Below, in pieces: positions 1 through 18,000 of a stretch of 64,000 nt of DNA. The stretch covers positions 19,716,001 through 19,780,000 of the forward strand of contig OZ024749.1 of NCBI GenBank assembly GCA_964016885.1, written 5' to 3'. Each line of letters opens with the position of its first letter. The first letter of the stretch is position 1. This stretch comes from Eledone cirrhosa (Eukaryota). The position numbers and the translations under genes are program-made. Under the pieces are notes generated by a model. It saw nothing but the letters and a program-made list of their open reading frames with translations, was not told the origin of the DNA and made no database searches.

Positions 1-3000
1 TATCTATACACTGTTAATGACTGTATTTACACTATTTATACACTGTTAATGACTGTATTTACACTATCTATACACTGTTAATGACTGTATTTACACTATC
101 TATACACTGTTAATGATTGTATTTACACTATCTATACACCGTTAATGACTGTATTTACACTATCTATACACTGTTAATGACTGTATTAACATTATCTATA
201 CACTGTTAATGACTGTATTTATCCTATCTATACACCGTTAATGACTGTATTTACATTATCTATACACTGTTAATGACTGTATTTACACTATCTATACACT
301 GTTAATGACTGCATTTACACTATCTATACACCGTTAATGACTGTATTTACACTATCTATACACTGTTAATAACTGTATTTACACTATCTATACACTGTTA
401 ATGACTGTATTTACACTATTTATATACTGTTAATAACTGTATTTACACTATCTATACACTGTTAATGACTGTATTTACACTATCTATACACTGTTAATGA
501 CTGTATTTACACTATCTATACACTGTTAATAACTGTATTTACACTATCTATACATTGTTAATGACTGTATTTACACTATCTATACACTGTTAATGACTGT
601 ATTTACACTATCTATACACTGTTAATGACTGTATTTACACTATCTATACACTGTTAATAACTGTATTTACACTATCTATACACTGTTAATAACTGTATTT
701 ACACTATCTATACACTGTTAATGACTGTATTTACACTATCTATACATTGTTAATGACTGTATTTACACTATCTATACACTGTTAATGTCTGTATTTACAC
801 TATTTATACACTGTTAATGACTGTATTTACACTATCTATACATTGTTAATGACTGTATTTACACTATCTATACACTGTTAATGACTGTATTTACACTATT
901 TATATACTGTTAATAACTGCATTTACACTATCTATACACTGTTAATGACTGTATTTACACTATCTATACACTGTTAATGACTGTATTTACACTATCTATA
1001 CACTGTTAATAACTGTATTTACACTATCTATACATTGTTAATGACTGTATTTACACTATCTATACACTGTTAATGACTGTATTTACACTATCTATACACT
1101 GTTAATGACTGTATTTACACTATCTATACACTGTTAATAACTGTATTTACACTATCTATACACTGTTAATAACTGTATTTACACTATCTATACACTGTTA
1201 ATGACTGTATTTACACTATCTATACATTGTTAATGACTGTATTTACACTATCTATACACTGTTAATGTCTGTATTTACACTATTTATACACTGTTAATAA
1301 CTGTATTTACACTATCTATACACTGTTAATGACTGTATTTACACTATCTATATACTGTTAATGACTGTATTTACACTATCTATACACTGTTAATGACTGT
1401 ATTTACACTATCTATACACTGTTAATGACTGTATTTACACTATCTATACACTGTTAATGACTGTATTTACACTATCTATACACTGTTAATGACTGTATTT
1501 ACACTATCTATACACTGTTAATGACTGTATTTACACTATCTATACACTGTTAATGACTGTATATACACTATCTATACACTGTTAATGACTGTATTTACAC
1601 TATCTATACACCGTTAATGACTGTATTTACACTATCTATACACCGTTAATGACTGTATTTACACTATCTATACACCGTCAATGACTGTATTTACACTATC
1701 TATACACCGTTAATGACTGTATTTACACTATCTATACACCGTTAATGACTGTATTTACACTATCTATACACCATTAATGACTGTATTTACACTATCTATA
1801 AACCGTGAATGACTGTATTTACACTATCTATACATTGTTAATGACTGTATTTACACTATCTATACACTGTTAATGACTATATTTACACTATCTATACACT
1901 GTTAATAACTGTATTTACACTATCTATACACTGTTAATGACTGTATTTACACTATCTATACATTGTTAATGACTGTATTTACGCTATCTATACACTGTTA
2001 ATGACTGTATTTACACTATCTATACACTGTTAATGACTGTATTAACATTATCTATACACTGTTAATGACTGTATTTACACTATCTATACACCGTTAATGA
2101 CTGTATTTACACTATCTATACACCGTTAATGACTGTATTTACACTATCTATACACCGTTAATGACTGTATCTACACTATCTATACACTGTTAATGACTGT
2201 ATTTACACTATCTATACACCGTTAATGACTGTATTTACACTATCTATACACTGTTAATGACTGTCTTAACATTATCTATACACTGTTAATGACTGTATTT
2301 ACACTATCTATACATTGTTAATGACTGTATTTACACTATCTATACACTGTTAATGACTGTATTTACACTATCTATACACTGTTAATGACTGTACTTACAC
2401 TATCTATACACTGTTAACGACTGTATTTACACTATCTATACACTGTTAATGACTGTATTTACACTATCTATACACTGTTAATGACTGTATATACACTATC
2501 TATACACCGTTAATGACTGTATTTACACTATCTATGCACCGTTAATGACTGTATTTACACTATCTATACACTGTTAATGAGTGTATTTACACTATCTATA
2601 CACCGTTAATGACTGTATTTACACTATCTATACACTGTTAATGACTGTATTTACACTATCTATACACCGTTAATGACTGTATTTACACTATCTATACACC
2701 GTTAATGACTGTATTTACACTATCTATACACCGTTAATGACTGTATTTACACTATCTATACACCGTTAATGACTGTATTTACACTATCTATACACCGTTA
2801 ATGACTGTATTTACACTATCTATACACCGTTAATGACTGTATTTACACTATCTATAAACCGTTAATGACTGTATTTACACTATCTATACATTGTTAATGA
2901 CTGTATTTACACTATCTATACACTGTTAATGACTATATTTACACTATCTATACACTGTTAATAACTGTATTTACACTATCTATACACTGTTAATGACTGT

Positions 3001-6000
3001 ATTTACACTATCTATACATTGTTAATGACTGTATTTACACTATCTATACACTGTTAATGACTGTATTTACACTATCTATACACTGTTAATGACTGTATTT
3101 ACACTATCTATACACTGTTAATGACTGTATTTACACTATCTATACACTGTTAATAACTGTATTTACATTATCTATACACTGTTAATAACTGTATTTACAC
3201 TATCTATACACCGTTAATGACTGTATTTACACTATCTATACACCGTCAATGACTGTATTTACACTATCTATACACCGTTAATGACTGTATTTACACTATC
3301 TATACACCGTTAATGACTGTATTTACACTATCTATACACCGTTAATGACTGTATTTACACTATCTATAAACCGTGAATGACTGTATTTACACTATCTATA
3401 CATTGTTAATGACTGTATTTACACTATCTATACACTGTTAATGACTATATTTACACTATCTATACACTGTTAATAACTGTATTTACACTATCTATACACT
3501 GTTAATGACTGTATTTACACTATCTATACATTGTTAATGACTGTATTTACACTATCTATACACTGTTAATGACTGTATTTACACTATCTATACACTGTTA
3601 ATGACTGTATTAACATTATCTATACACTGTTAATGACTGTATTTACACTATCTATACACCGTTAATGACTGTATTTACACTATCTATACACCGTTAATGA
3701 CTGTATTTACACTATCTATACACCGTTAATGACTGTATCTACACTATCTATACACTGTTAATGACTGTATTTACACTATCTATACACTGTTAATGACTGT
3801 CTTAACATTATCTATACACTGTTAATGACTGTATTTACACTATCTATACATTGTTAATGACTGTATTTACACTATCTATACACTGTTAATGACTGTATTT
3901 ACACTATCTATACACTATTAATGACTGTACTTACACTATCTATACACTGTTAATGACTGTATTTACACTATCTATACACTGTTAATGACTGTATTTACAC
4001 TATCTATACACTGTTAATGACTGTATATACACTATCTATACACCGTTAATGACTGTATTTACACTATCTATGCACCGTTAATGACTGTATTTACACTATC
4101 TATACACTGTTAATGACTGTATTTACACTATCTATACACCGTTAATGACTGTATTTACACTATCTATACACTGTTAATGACTGTATTTACACTATCTATA
4201 CACCGTTAATGACTGTATTTACACTATCTATACACCGTTAATGACTGTATTTACACTATCTATACACCGTTAATGACTGTATTTACACTATCTATACACC
4301 GTTAATGACTGTATTTACACTATCTATACACCGTTAATGACTGTATTTACACTATCTATACACCGTTAATGACTGTATTTACACTATCTATAAACCGTTA
4401 ATGACTGTATTTACACTATCTATACATTGTTAATGACTGTATTTACACTATCTATACACTGTTAATGACTATATTTACACTATCTATACACTGTTAATAA
4501 CTGTATTTACACTATCTATACACTGTTAATGACTGTATTTACACTATCTATACATTGTTAATGACTGTATTTACACTATCTATACACTGTTAATGACTGT
4601 ATTTACACTATCTATACACTGTTAATGACTGTATTTACACTATCTATACACTGTTAATGACTGTATTTACACTATCTATACACTGTTAATGACTGTATTT
4701 ACACTATCTATACACTGTTAATGACTGTATTTACACTATCTATACACCGTTAATGACTGTATTTACACTATCTATACACTGTTAATGACTGTATTAACAT
4801 TATCTATACACTGTTAATGACTGTATTTACACTATCTATACACCGTTAATGACTGTATTTACACTATCTATACACCGTTAATGACTGTATTTACACTATC
4901 TATACACCGTTAATGACTGTATTTACACTATCTATACACTGTTAATGACTGTATTTACACTATCTATACACTGTTAATGACTGTATTTACACTATCTATA
5001 CATTGTTAATGACTGTATTTACACTATCTATACACCATTGACTGTATTTACACTATCTATACACTGTTAATGACTGTATTTACACTATTTATACACTGTT
5101 AATGACTGTATTTACACTATCTATACACTGTTAATGACTGTATTTACACTATCTATACACTGTTAATGACTGTATTTACACTATCTATACACCGTTACTG
5201 ACTGTATTTACACTATCTATACACTGTTAATGACTGTATTAACATTATCTATACACTGTTAATGACTGTATTTATACTATCTATACACCGTTAATGACTG
5301 TATTTACACTATCTATACACCGTTAATGACTGTATTTACACTATCTATACACTGTTAATGACTGTATTTACACTATCTATACACCGTTAATGACTGTATT
5401 TACACTATCTATACACTGTTAATGACTGTCTTAACATTATCTATACACTGTTAATGACTGTATTTACACTATCTAGACATTGTTAATGACTGTATTTACA
5501 CTATCTATACACTGTTAATGACTGTACTTACACTATCTATACACTGTTAATGACTGTATTTACACTATCTATACACTGTTAATGACTATTTACACTATCT
5601 ATACACTGTTAATGACTGTATATACACTATATATACACCGTTAATGACTGTATTTACACTATCTATACACTGTTAATGACTGTATTTACACTATCTATAC
5701 ACCGTTAATGACTGTATTTACACTATCTATACACTGTTAATGACTGTATTTACACAATCTATACACCGTTAATGACTGTAATTACACTATCTATACATTG
5801 TTAATGACTGTATCTACACTATCTATACACTGTTAATGACTGTATTTACACTATCTATACACCGTTAATGACTGTAGTTACACTATCTATACACTGTTAA
5901 TGACTGTATTTACACTATCTATACACTGTTAATGACTGTATTTACACTATCTATACACTGTTAATGACTGTATTTACACTATCTATACACCGTTAATGAC

Positions 6001-9000
6001 TGTATTTACACTATCTATACACCGTTAATGACTGTATTTACACTATCTATACACCGTTAATGACTGTATTTACACTATCTATACACCTTTAATGACTGTA
6101 TTTACACTATCTATACATTGTTAATGACTGTATTTACACTATCTATACACTGTTAATGACTGTATTTACACTATCTATACACTGTTAATGACTGTATTTA
6201 CACTATCTATACATTGTTAATGACTGTATTTACACTATCTATACACTGTTAATGACTGTATTTACACTATCTATACACTGTTAATGACTGTATTTACACT
6301 ATCTATACACTGTTAATGACTGTATTTACACCATCTATACACTGTTAATGACTGTATTTACACTATCTATACACTATTAATGACTGTATTTACACTATCT
6401 ATACATTGTTAATGACTGTATTTACACTATCTATACACTGTTAATGACTGTATTTACACTATCTATACACTGTTAATGACTGTATTTACACTATCTATAC
6501 ACTGTTAATGACTGTATTTACACTATTTGTACATTGTTAATGACTGTTTTTTACACTATCTATACACTGTTAATGACTGTATTTACACTATCTATACACT
6601 GTTAATGACTGTATTTACACTATCTATACACTGTTAATGACTGTATTTACACTATCTATACACTGTTAATGACTGTATTTACACTATCTATACACCGTTA
6701 ATGACTGTATTTACACTATCTATACACTGTTAATGACTGTATTAACATTATCTATACACTGTTAATGACTGTATTTACACTATCTATACATTGTTAATGA
6801 CTGTATTTACACTATCTATACACTGTTAATGACTGTATTTACACTATCTATACACCGTTAATGACTGTATTTACACTATCTATACACTGTTAATGACTGT
6901 ATTTACACAATCTATACACCGTTAATGACTGTATTTACACTATCTATACACCGTTAATGACTGTATTTACACTATCTATACACCGTTAATGACTGTATTT
7001 ACACTATCTATACACCGTTAATGACTGTATTTACACTATCTATACACCGTTAATGACTGTATTTACACTATCTATAAACCGTTAATGACTGTATTTACAC
7101 TATCTATACATTGTTAATGACTGTATTTACACTATCTATACACTGTTAATGACTATATTTACACTATCTATACACTGTTAATAACTGTATTTACACTATC
7201 TATACACTGTTAATGACTGTATTTACACTATCTATAAACCGTTAATGACTGTATTTACACTATCTATACGTTGTTAATGACTGTATTTACACTATCTATA
7301 CACTGTTAATGACTATATTTACACTATCTATACACTGTTAATAACTGTATTTACACTATCTATACACTGTTAATGACTGTATTTACACTATCTATACATT
7401 GTTAATGACTGTATTTACACTATCTATACACTGTTAATGACTGTATTTACACTATCTATACTCTGTTAATGACTGTATTTACACTATCTATACACTGTTA
7501 ATGACTGTATTTACACTATCTATACACTGTTAATGACTGTATTTACACTATCTATACACTGTTAATGACTGTATTTACACTATCTATACACCGTTAATGA
7601 CTGTATTTACACTATCTATACACTGTTAATGACTGTATTAACATTATCTATACACTGTTAATGACTGTATTTACACTATCTATACACCGTTAATGACTGT
7701 ATTTACACTATCTATACACCGTTAATGACTGTATTTACACTATCTATACACCGTTAATGACTGTATTTACACTATCTATACACTGTTAATGACTGTATTT
7801 ACACTATCTATACACTGTTAATGACTGTATTTACACTATCTATACATTGTTAATGACTGTATTTACACTATCTATACACCATTAATGACTGTATTTACAC
7901 TATCTATACACTGTTAATGACTGTATTTACACTATTTATACACTGTTAATGACTGTATTTACACTATCTATACACTGTTAATGACTGTATTTACACTATC
8001 TATACACTGTTAATGACTGTATTTACACTATCTATACACCGTTAATGACTGTATTTACACTATCTATACACTGTTAATGACTGTATTAACATTATCTATA
8101 CACTGTTAATGACTGTATTTACACTATCTATACACCGTTAATGACTGTATTTACACTATCTATACACCGTTAATGACTGTATTTACACTATCTATACACT
8201 GTTAATGACTGTATTTACACTATCTATACACCGTTAATGACTGTATTTACACTATCTATACACTGTTCATGACTGTCTTAACATTATCTATACACTGTTA
8301 ATGACTGTATTTACACTATCTAGACACTGTTAATGACTGTATTTACACTATCTATACACTGTTAATGACTGTATATACACTATCTATACACCGTTAATGA
8401 CTGTATTTACACTATCTATACACTGTTAATGACTGTATTTACACTATCTATACACCGTTAATGACTGTATTTACACTATCTATACACTGTTAATGACTGT
8501 ATTTACACAATCTATACACCGTTAATGACTGTAATTACACTATCTATACATTCTTAATGACTGTATTTACACTATCTATACACTGTTAATGACTGTATTT
8601 ACACTATCTATACACCGTTAATGACTGTATTTACACTATCTATACACTGTTCATGACTGTCTTAACATTATCTATACACTGTTAATGACTGTATTTACAC
8701 TATCTATACACTGTTAATGACTGTATTTACACTATCTATACACTGTTAATGACTGTATATACACTATCTATACACCGTTAATGACTGTATTTACACTATC
8801 TATACACTGTTAATGACTGTATTTACACTATCTATACACCGTTAATGACTGTATTTACACTATCTATACACTGTTAATGACTGTATTTACACAATCTATA
8901 CACCGTTAATGACTGTAATTACACTATCTATACATTCTTAATGACTGTATTTACACTATCTATACACTGTTAATGACTGTATTTACACTATCTATACACC

Positions 9001-12000
9001 GTTAATGACTGTATTTACACTATCTATACACTGTTAATGACTGTATTTACACTATCTATACACTGTTAATGACTGTATTTACACTATCTATACACTGTTA
9101 ATGACTGTATTTACACTATCTATACACCGTTAATGACTGTATTTACACTATATATACACCGTTAATGACTGTATTTACACTATCTATACACCGTTAATGA
9201 CTGTATTTACACTATCTATACACTGTTAATGACTGTACTTACACTATCTAAACACCGTTAATGACTGTATTTACAGTATCTATACACTGTTAATGACTGT
9301 ATTTACACTATCTATACACCGTTAATGACTGTATTTACACTATCTATACACTGTTAATGACTGTATTTACACTATCTATACACCGTTAATGACTGTATTT
9401 ACACTATCTATACACTGTTAATGACTGTATTTACACTATCTATACACTGTTAATGACTGTATTTACACTATCTATACACCGTTAATGACTGTATTTACAC
9501 TATCTATACACCGTTAATGACTGTATTTACACTATCTATACACCGTTAATGACTGTATTTACACTATCTATACACCGTTAATGACTGTATTTACACTATC
9601 TATACACCGTTAATGACTGTATTTACACTATCTATACACCGTTAATGACTGTATTTACACTATCTATAAACCGTTAATGACTGTATTTACACTATCTATA
9701 CATTGTTAATGACTGTATTTACACTATCTATACACTGTTAATGACTATATTTACACTATCTATACACTGTTAATAACTGTATTTACACTATCTATACACT
9801 GTTAATGACTGTATTTACACTATCTATACATTGTTAATGACTGTATTTACACTATCTATACACTGTTAATGACTGTATTTACACTATCTATACACTGTTA
9901 ATGACTGTATTTACACTATCTATACACTGTTAATGACTGTATTTACACTATCTATACACTGTTAATGACTGTATTTACACTATCTATACACTGTTAATGA
10001 CTGTATTTACACTATCTATACACCGTTAATGACTGTATTTACACTATCTATACACTGTTAATGACTGTATTAACATTATCTATACACTGTTAATGACTGT
10101 ATTTACACTATCTATACACCGTTAATGACTGTATTTACACTATCTATACACCGTTAATGACTGTATTTACACTATCTATACACCGTTAATGACTGTATTT
10201 ACACTATCTATACACTGTTAATGACTGTATTAACATTATCTATACACTGTTAATGACTGTATTTACACTATCTATACACCGTTAATGACTGTATTTACAC
10301 TATCTATACACCGTTAATGACTGTATTTACACTATCTATACACCGTTTATGACTATTTACACTATCTATACACTGTTAATGACTGTATTTACACTATCTA
10401 TACACCGTTAATGACTGTATTTACACTATCTATACACTGTTAATGACTGTCTTAACATTATCTATACACAGTTAATGACTGTATTTACACTATCTATACA
10501 TTGTTAATGACTGTATTTACACTATCTATACACTGTTAATGACTGTATTTACACTATCTATACACTGTTAATGACTGTACTTACACTATCTATACACTGT
10601 TAATGACTGTATTTACACTATCTATACACTGTTAATGACTGTATTTACACTATCTATACACTGTTAATGACTGTATATACACTATCTATACACCGTTAAT
10701 GACTGTATTTACACTATCTATACACCGTTAATGACTGTATTTACACTATCTATACACTGTTAATGACTATTTACACTATCTATACACCGTTAATGACTGT
10801 ATTTACACTATCTATACACTGTTAATGACTGTATTTACACTATCTATACACTGTTAATGACTGTATTTACACTATCTATACACCGTTAATGACTATTTAC
10901 ACTATCTATACACCGTTAATGACTGTATTTACACTATCTATACACCGTTAATGACTGTATTTACACTATCTATACACCGTTAATGACTGTATTTACACTA
11001 TCTATACACCGTTAATGACTGTATTTACACTATCTATACACCGTTAATGACTGTATTTACACTATCTATAAACCGTTAATGACTGTATTTACACTATCTA
11101 TACATTGTTAATGACTGTATTTACACTATCTATACACTGTTAATGACTATATTTACACTATCTATACACTGTTAATAACTGTATTTACACTATCTATACA
11201 CTGTTAATGACTGTATTTACACTATCTATACATTGTTAATGACTGTATTTACACTATCTATACACTGTTAATGACTGTATTTACACTATCTATACACTGT
11301 TAATGACTGTATTTACACTATCTATACACTGTTAATGACTGTATTTACACTATCTATACACTTTTAATGACTGTATTTACACTATCTATACACTGTTAAT
11401 GACTGTATTTACACTATCTATACACCGTTAATGACTGTATTTACACTATCTATACACTGTTAATGACTGTATTAACATTATCTATACACTGTTAATGACT
11501 GTATTTACACTATCTATACACCGTTAATGACTGTATTTACACTATCTATACACCGTTAATGACTGTATTTACACTATCTATACACCGTTAATGACTGTAT
11601 TTACACTATCTATACACTGTTAATGACTGTATTTACACTATCTATACACTGTTAATGACTGTATTTACACTATCTATACATTGTTAATGACTGTATTTAC
11701 ACTATCTATACACCATTAATGACTGTATTTACACTATCTATACACTGTTAATGACTGTATTTACACTATTTATACACTGTTAATGACTGTATTTACACTA
11801 TCTATACACTGTTAATGACTGTATTTACACTATCTATACACTGTTAATGACTGTATTTACACTATCTATACACCGTTAATGACTGTATTTACACTATCTA
11901 TACACTGTTAATGACTGTATTAACATTATCTATACACTGTTAATGACTGTATTTACACTATCTATACACCGTTAATGACTGTATTTACACTATCTATACA

Positions 12001-15000
12001 CCGTTAATGACTGTATTTACACTATCTATACACTGTTAATGACTGTATTTACACTATCTATACACCGTTAATGACTGTATTTACACTATCTATACACTGT
12101 TCATGACTGTCTTAACATTATCTATACACTGTTAATGACTGTATTTACACTATCTAGACATTGTTAATGACTGTATTTACACTATCTATACACTGTTAAT
12201 GACTGTACTTACACTATCTATACACTGTTAATGACTGTATTTACACTATCTATACACTGTTAATGACTGTATTTACACTATCTATACACTGTTAATGACT
12301 GTATTTACACTATCTATACACTGTTAATGACTGTATTTACACTATCTATACACCGTTAATGACTGTATTTACACTATCTATACACTGTTAATGACTGTAT
12401 TAACATTATCTATACACTGTTAATGACTGTATTTACACTATCTATACACCGTTAATGACTGTATTTACACTATCTATACACCGTTAATGACTGTATTTAC
12501 ACTATCTATACACCGTTAATGACTGTATTTACACTATCTATACACTGTTAATGACTGTATTTACACTATCTATACACTGTTAATGACTGTATTTACACTA
12601 TCTATACATTGTTAATGACTGTATTTACACTATCTATACACCATTGACTGTATTTACACTATCTATACACTGTTAATGACTGTATTTACACTATTTATAC
12701 ACTGTTAATGACTGTATTTACACTATCTATACACTGTTAATGACTGTATTTACACTATCTATACACTGTTAATGACTGTATTTACACTATCTATACACCG
12801 TTACTGACTGTATTTACACTATCTATACACTGTTAATGACTGTATTAACATTATCTATACACTGTTAATGACTGTATTTATACTATCTATACACCGTTAA
12901 TGACTGTATTTACACTATCTATACACCGTTAATGACTGTATTTACACTATCTATACACTGTTAATGACTGTATTTACACTATCTATACACCGTTAATGAC
13001 TGTATTTACACTATCTATACACTGTTAATGACTGTCTTAACATTATCTATACACTGTTAATGACTGTATTTACACTATCTAGACATTGTTAATGACTGTA
13101 TTTACACTATCTATACACTGTTAATGACTGTACTTACACTATCTATACACTGTTAATGACTGTATTTACACTATCTATACACTGTTAATGACTATTTACA
13201 CTATCTATACACTGTTAATGACTGTATATACACTATATATACACCGTTAATGACTGTATTTACACTATCTATACACTGTTAATGACTGTATTTACACTAT
13301 CTATACACCGTTAATGACTGTATTTACACTATCTATACACTGTTAATGACTGTATTTACACAATCTATACACCGTTAATGACTGTAATTACACTATCTAT
13401 ACATTGTTAATGACTGTATCTACACTATCTATACACTGTTAATGACTGTATTTACACTATCTATACACCGTTAATGACTGTAGTTACACTATCTATACAC
13501 TGTTAATGACTGTATTTACACTATCTATACACTGTTAATGACTGTATTTACACTATCTATACACTGTTAATGACTGTATTTACACTATCTATACACCGTT
13601 AATGACTGTATTTACACTATCTATACACCGTTAATGACTGTATTTACACTATCTATACACCGTTAATGACTGTATTTACACTATCTATACACCTTTAATG
13701 ACTGTATTTACACTATCTATACATTGTTAATGACTTTATTTACACTATCTATACACTGTTAATGACTGTATTTACACTATCTATACACTGTTAATGACTG
13801 TATTTACACTATCTATACATTGTTAATGACTGTATTTACACTATCTATACACTGTTAATGACTGTATTTACACTATCTATACACTGTTAATGACTGTATT
13901 TACACTATCTATACACTGTTAATGACTGTATTTACACCATCTATACACTGTTAATGACTGTATTTACACTATCTATACACTATTAATGACTGTATTTACA
14001 CTATCTATACATTGTTAATGACTGTATTTACACTATCTATACACTGTTAATGACTGTATTTACACTATCTATACACTGTTAATGACTGTATTTACACTAT
14101 CTATACACTGTTAATGACTGTATTTACACTATTTGTACATTGTTAATGACTGTTTTTTACACTATCTATACACTGTTAATGACTGTATTTACACTATCTA
14201 TACACTGTTAATGACTGTATTTACACTATCTATACACTGTTAATGACTGTATTTACACTATCTATACACTGTTAATGACTGTATTTACACTATCTATACA
14301 CCGTTAATGACTGTATTTACACTATCTATACACTGTTAATGACTGTATTAACATTATCTATACACTGTTAATGACTGTATTTACACTATCTATACATTGT
14401 TAATGACTGTATTTACACTATCTATACACTGTTAATGACTGTATTTACACTATCTATACACCGTTAATGACTGTATTTACACTATCTATACACTGTTAAT
14501 GACTGTATTTACACAATCTATACACCGTTAATGACTGTATTTACACTATCTATACACCGTTAATGACTGTATTTACACTATCTATACACCGTTAATGACT
14601 GTATTTACACTATCTATACACCGTTAATGACTGTATTTACACTATCTATACACCGTTAATGACTGTATTTACACTATCTATAAACCGTTAATGACTGTAT
14701 TTACACTATCTATACATTGTTAATGACTGTATTTACACTATCTATACACTGTTAATGACTATATTTACACTATCTATACACTGTTAATAACTGTATTTAC
14801 ACTATCTATACACTGTTAATGACTGTATTTACACTATCTATAAACCGTTAATGACTGTATTTACACTATCTATACGTTGTTAATGACTGTATTTACACTA
14901 TCTATACACTGTTAATGACTATATTTACACTATCTATACACTGTTAATAACTGTATTTACACTATCTATACACTGTTAATGACTGTATTTACACTATCTA

Positions 15001-18000
15001 TACATTGTTAATGACTGTATTTACACTATCTATACACTGTTAATGACTGTATTTACACTATCTATACTCTGTTAATGACTGTATTTACACTATCTATACA
15101 CTGTTAATGACTGTATTTACACTATCTATACACTGTTAATGACTGTATTTACACTATCTATACACTGTTAATGACTGTATTTACACTATCTATACACCGT
15201 TAATGACTGTATTTACACTATCTATACACTGTTAATGACTGTATTAACATTATCTATACACTGTTAATGACTGTATTTACACTATCTATACACCGTTAAT
15301 GACTGTATTTACACTATCTATACACCGTTAATGACTGTATTTACACTATCTATACACCGTTAATGACTGTATTTACACTATCTATACACTGTTAATGACT
15401 GTATTTACACTATCTATACACTGTTAATGACTGTATTTACACTATCTATACATTGTTAATGACTGTATTTACACTATCTATACACCATTAATGACTGTAT
15501 TTACACTATCTATACACTGTTAATGACTGTATTTACACTATTTATACACTGTTAATGACTGTATTTACACTATCTATACACTGTTAATGACTGTATTTAC
15601 ACTATCTATACACTGTTAATGACTGTATTTACACTATCTATACACTGTTAATGACTGTATTTACACTATCTATACACCGTTAATGACTGTATTTACACTA
15701 TCTATACACTGTTAATGACTGTATTAACATTATCTATACACTGTTAATGACTGTATTTACACTATCTATACACCGTTAATGACTGTATTTACACTATCTA
15801 TACACCGTTAATGACTGTATTTACACTATCTATACACTGTTAATGACTGTATTTACACTATCTATACACCGTTAATGACTGTATTTACACTATCTATACA
15901 CTGTTCATGACTGTCTTAACATTATCTATACACTGTTAATGACTGTATTTACACTATCTAGACACTGTTAATGACTGTATTTACACTATCTATACACTGT
16001 TAATGACTGTATATACACTATCTATACACCGTTAATGACTGTATTTACACTATCTATACACTGTTAATGACTGTATTTACACTATCTATACACCGTTAAT
16101 GACTGTATTTACACTATCTATACACTGTTAATGACTGTATTTACACAATCTATACACCGTTAATGACTGTAATTACACTATCTATACATTCTTAATGACT
16201 GTATTTACACTATCTATACACTGTTAATGACTGTATTTACACTATCTATACACCGTTAATGACTGTATTTACACTATCTATACACTGTTCATGACTGTCT
16301 TAACATTATCTATACACTGTTAATGACTGTATTTACACTATCTATACACTGTTAATGACTGTATTTACACTATCTATACACTGTTAATGACTGTATATAC
16401 ACTATCTATACACCGTTAATGACTGTATTTACACTATCTATACACTGTTAATGACTGTATTTACACTATCTATACACCGTTAATGACTGTATTTACACTA
16501 TCTATACACTGTTAATGACTGTATTTACACAATCTATACACCGTTAATGACTGTAATTACACTATCTATACATTCTTAATGACTGTATTTACACTATCTA
16601 TACACTGTTAATGACTGTATTTACACTATCTATACACCGTTAATGACTGTATTTACACTATCTATACACTGTTAATGACTGTATTTACACTATCTATACA
16701 CTGTTAATGACTGTATTTACACTATCTATACACTGTTAATGACTGTATTTACACTATCTATACACCGTTAATGACTGTATTTACACTATATATACACCGT
16801 TAATGACTGTATTTACACTATCTATACACCGTTAATGACTGTATTTACACTATCTATACACTGTTAATGACTGTACTTACACTATCTAAACACCGTTAAT
16901 GACTGTATTTACAGTATCTATACACTGTTAATGACTGTATTTACACTATCTATACACCGTTAATGACTGTATTTACACTATCTATACACTGTTAATGACT
17001 GTATTTACACTATCTATACACCGTTAATGACTGTATTTACACTATCTATACACTGTTAATGACTGTATTTACACTATCTATACACTGTTAATGACTGTAT
17101 TTACACTATCTATACACCGTTAATGACTGTATTTACACTATCTATACACCGTTAATGACTGTATTTACACTATCTATACACCGTTAATGACTGTATTTAC
17201 ACTATCTATACACCGTTAATGACTGTATTTACACTATCTATACACCGTTAATGACTGTATTTACACTATCTATACACCGTTAATGACTGTATTTACACTA
17301 TCTATAAACCGTTAATGACTGTATTTACACTATCTATACATTGTTAATGACTGTATTTACACTATCTATACACTGTTAATGACTATATTTACACTATCTA
17401 TACACTGTTAATAACTGTATTTACACTATCTATACACTGTTAATGACTGTATTTACACTATCTATACATTGTTAATGACTGTATTTACACTATCTATACA
17501 CTGTTAATGACTGTATTTACACTATCTATACACTGTTAATGACTGTATTTACACTATCTATACACTGTTAATGACTGTATTTACACTATCTATACACTGT
17601 TAATGACTGTATTTACACTATCTATACACTGTTAATGACTGTATTTACACTATCTATACACCGTTAATGACTGTATTTACACTATCTATACACTGTTAAT
17701 GACTGTATTAACATTATCTATACACTGTTAATGACTGTATTTACACTATCTATACACCGTTAATGACTGTATTTACACTATCTATACACCGTTAATGACT
17801 GTATTTACACTATCTATACACCGTTAATGACTGTATTTACACTATCTATACACTGTTAATGACTGTATTAACATTATCTATACACTGTTAATGACTGTAT
17901 TTACACTATCTATACACCGTTAATGACTGTATTTACACTATCTATACACCGTTAATGACTGTATTTACACTATCTATACACCGTTTATGACTATTTACAC

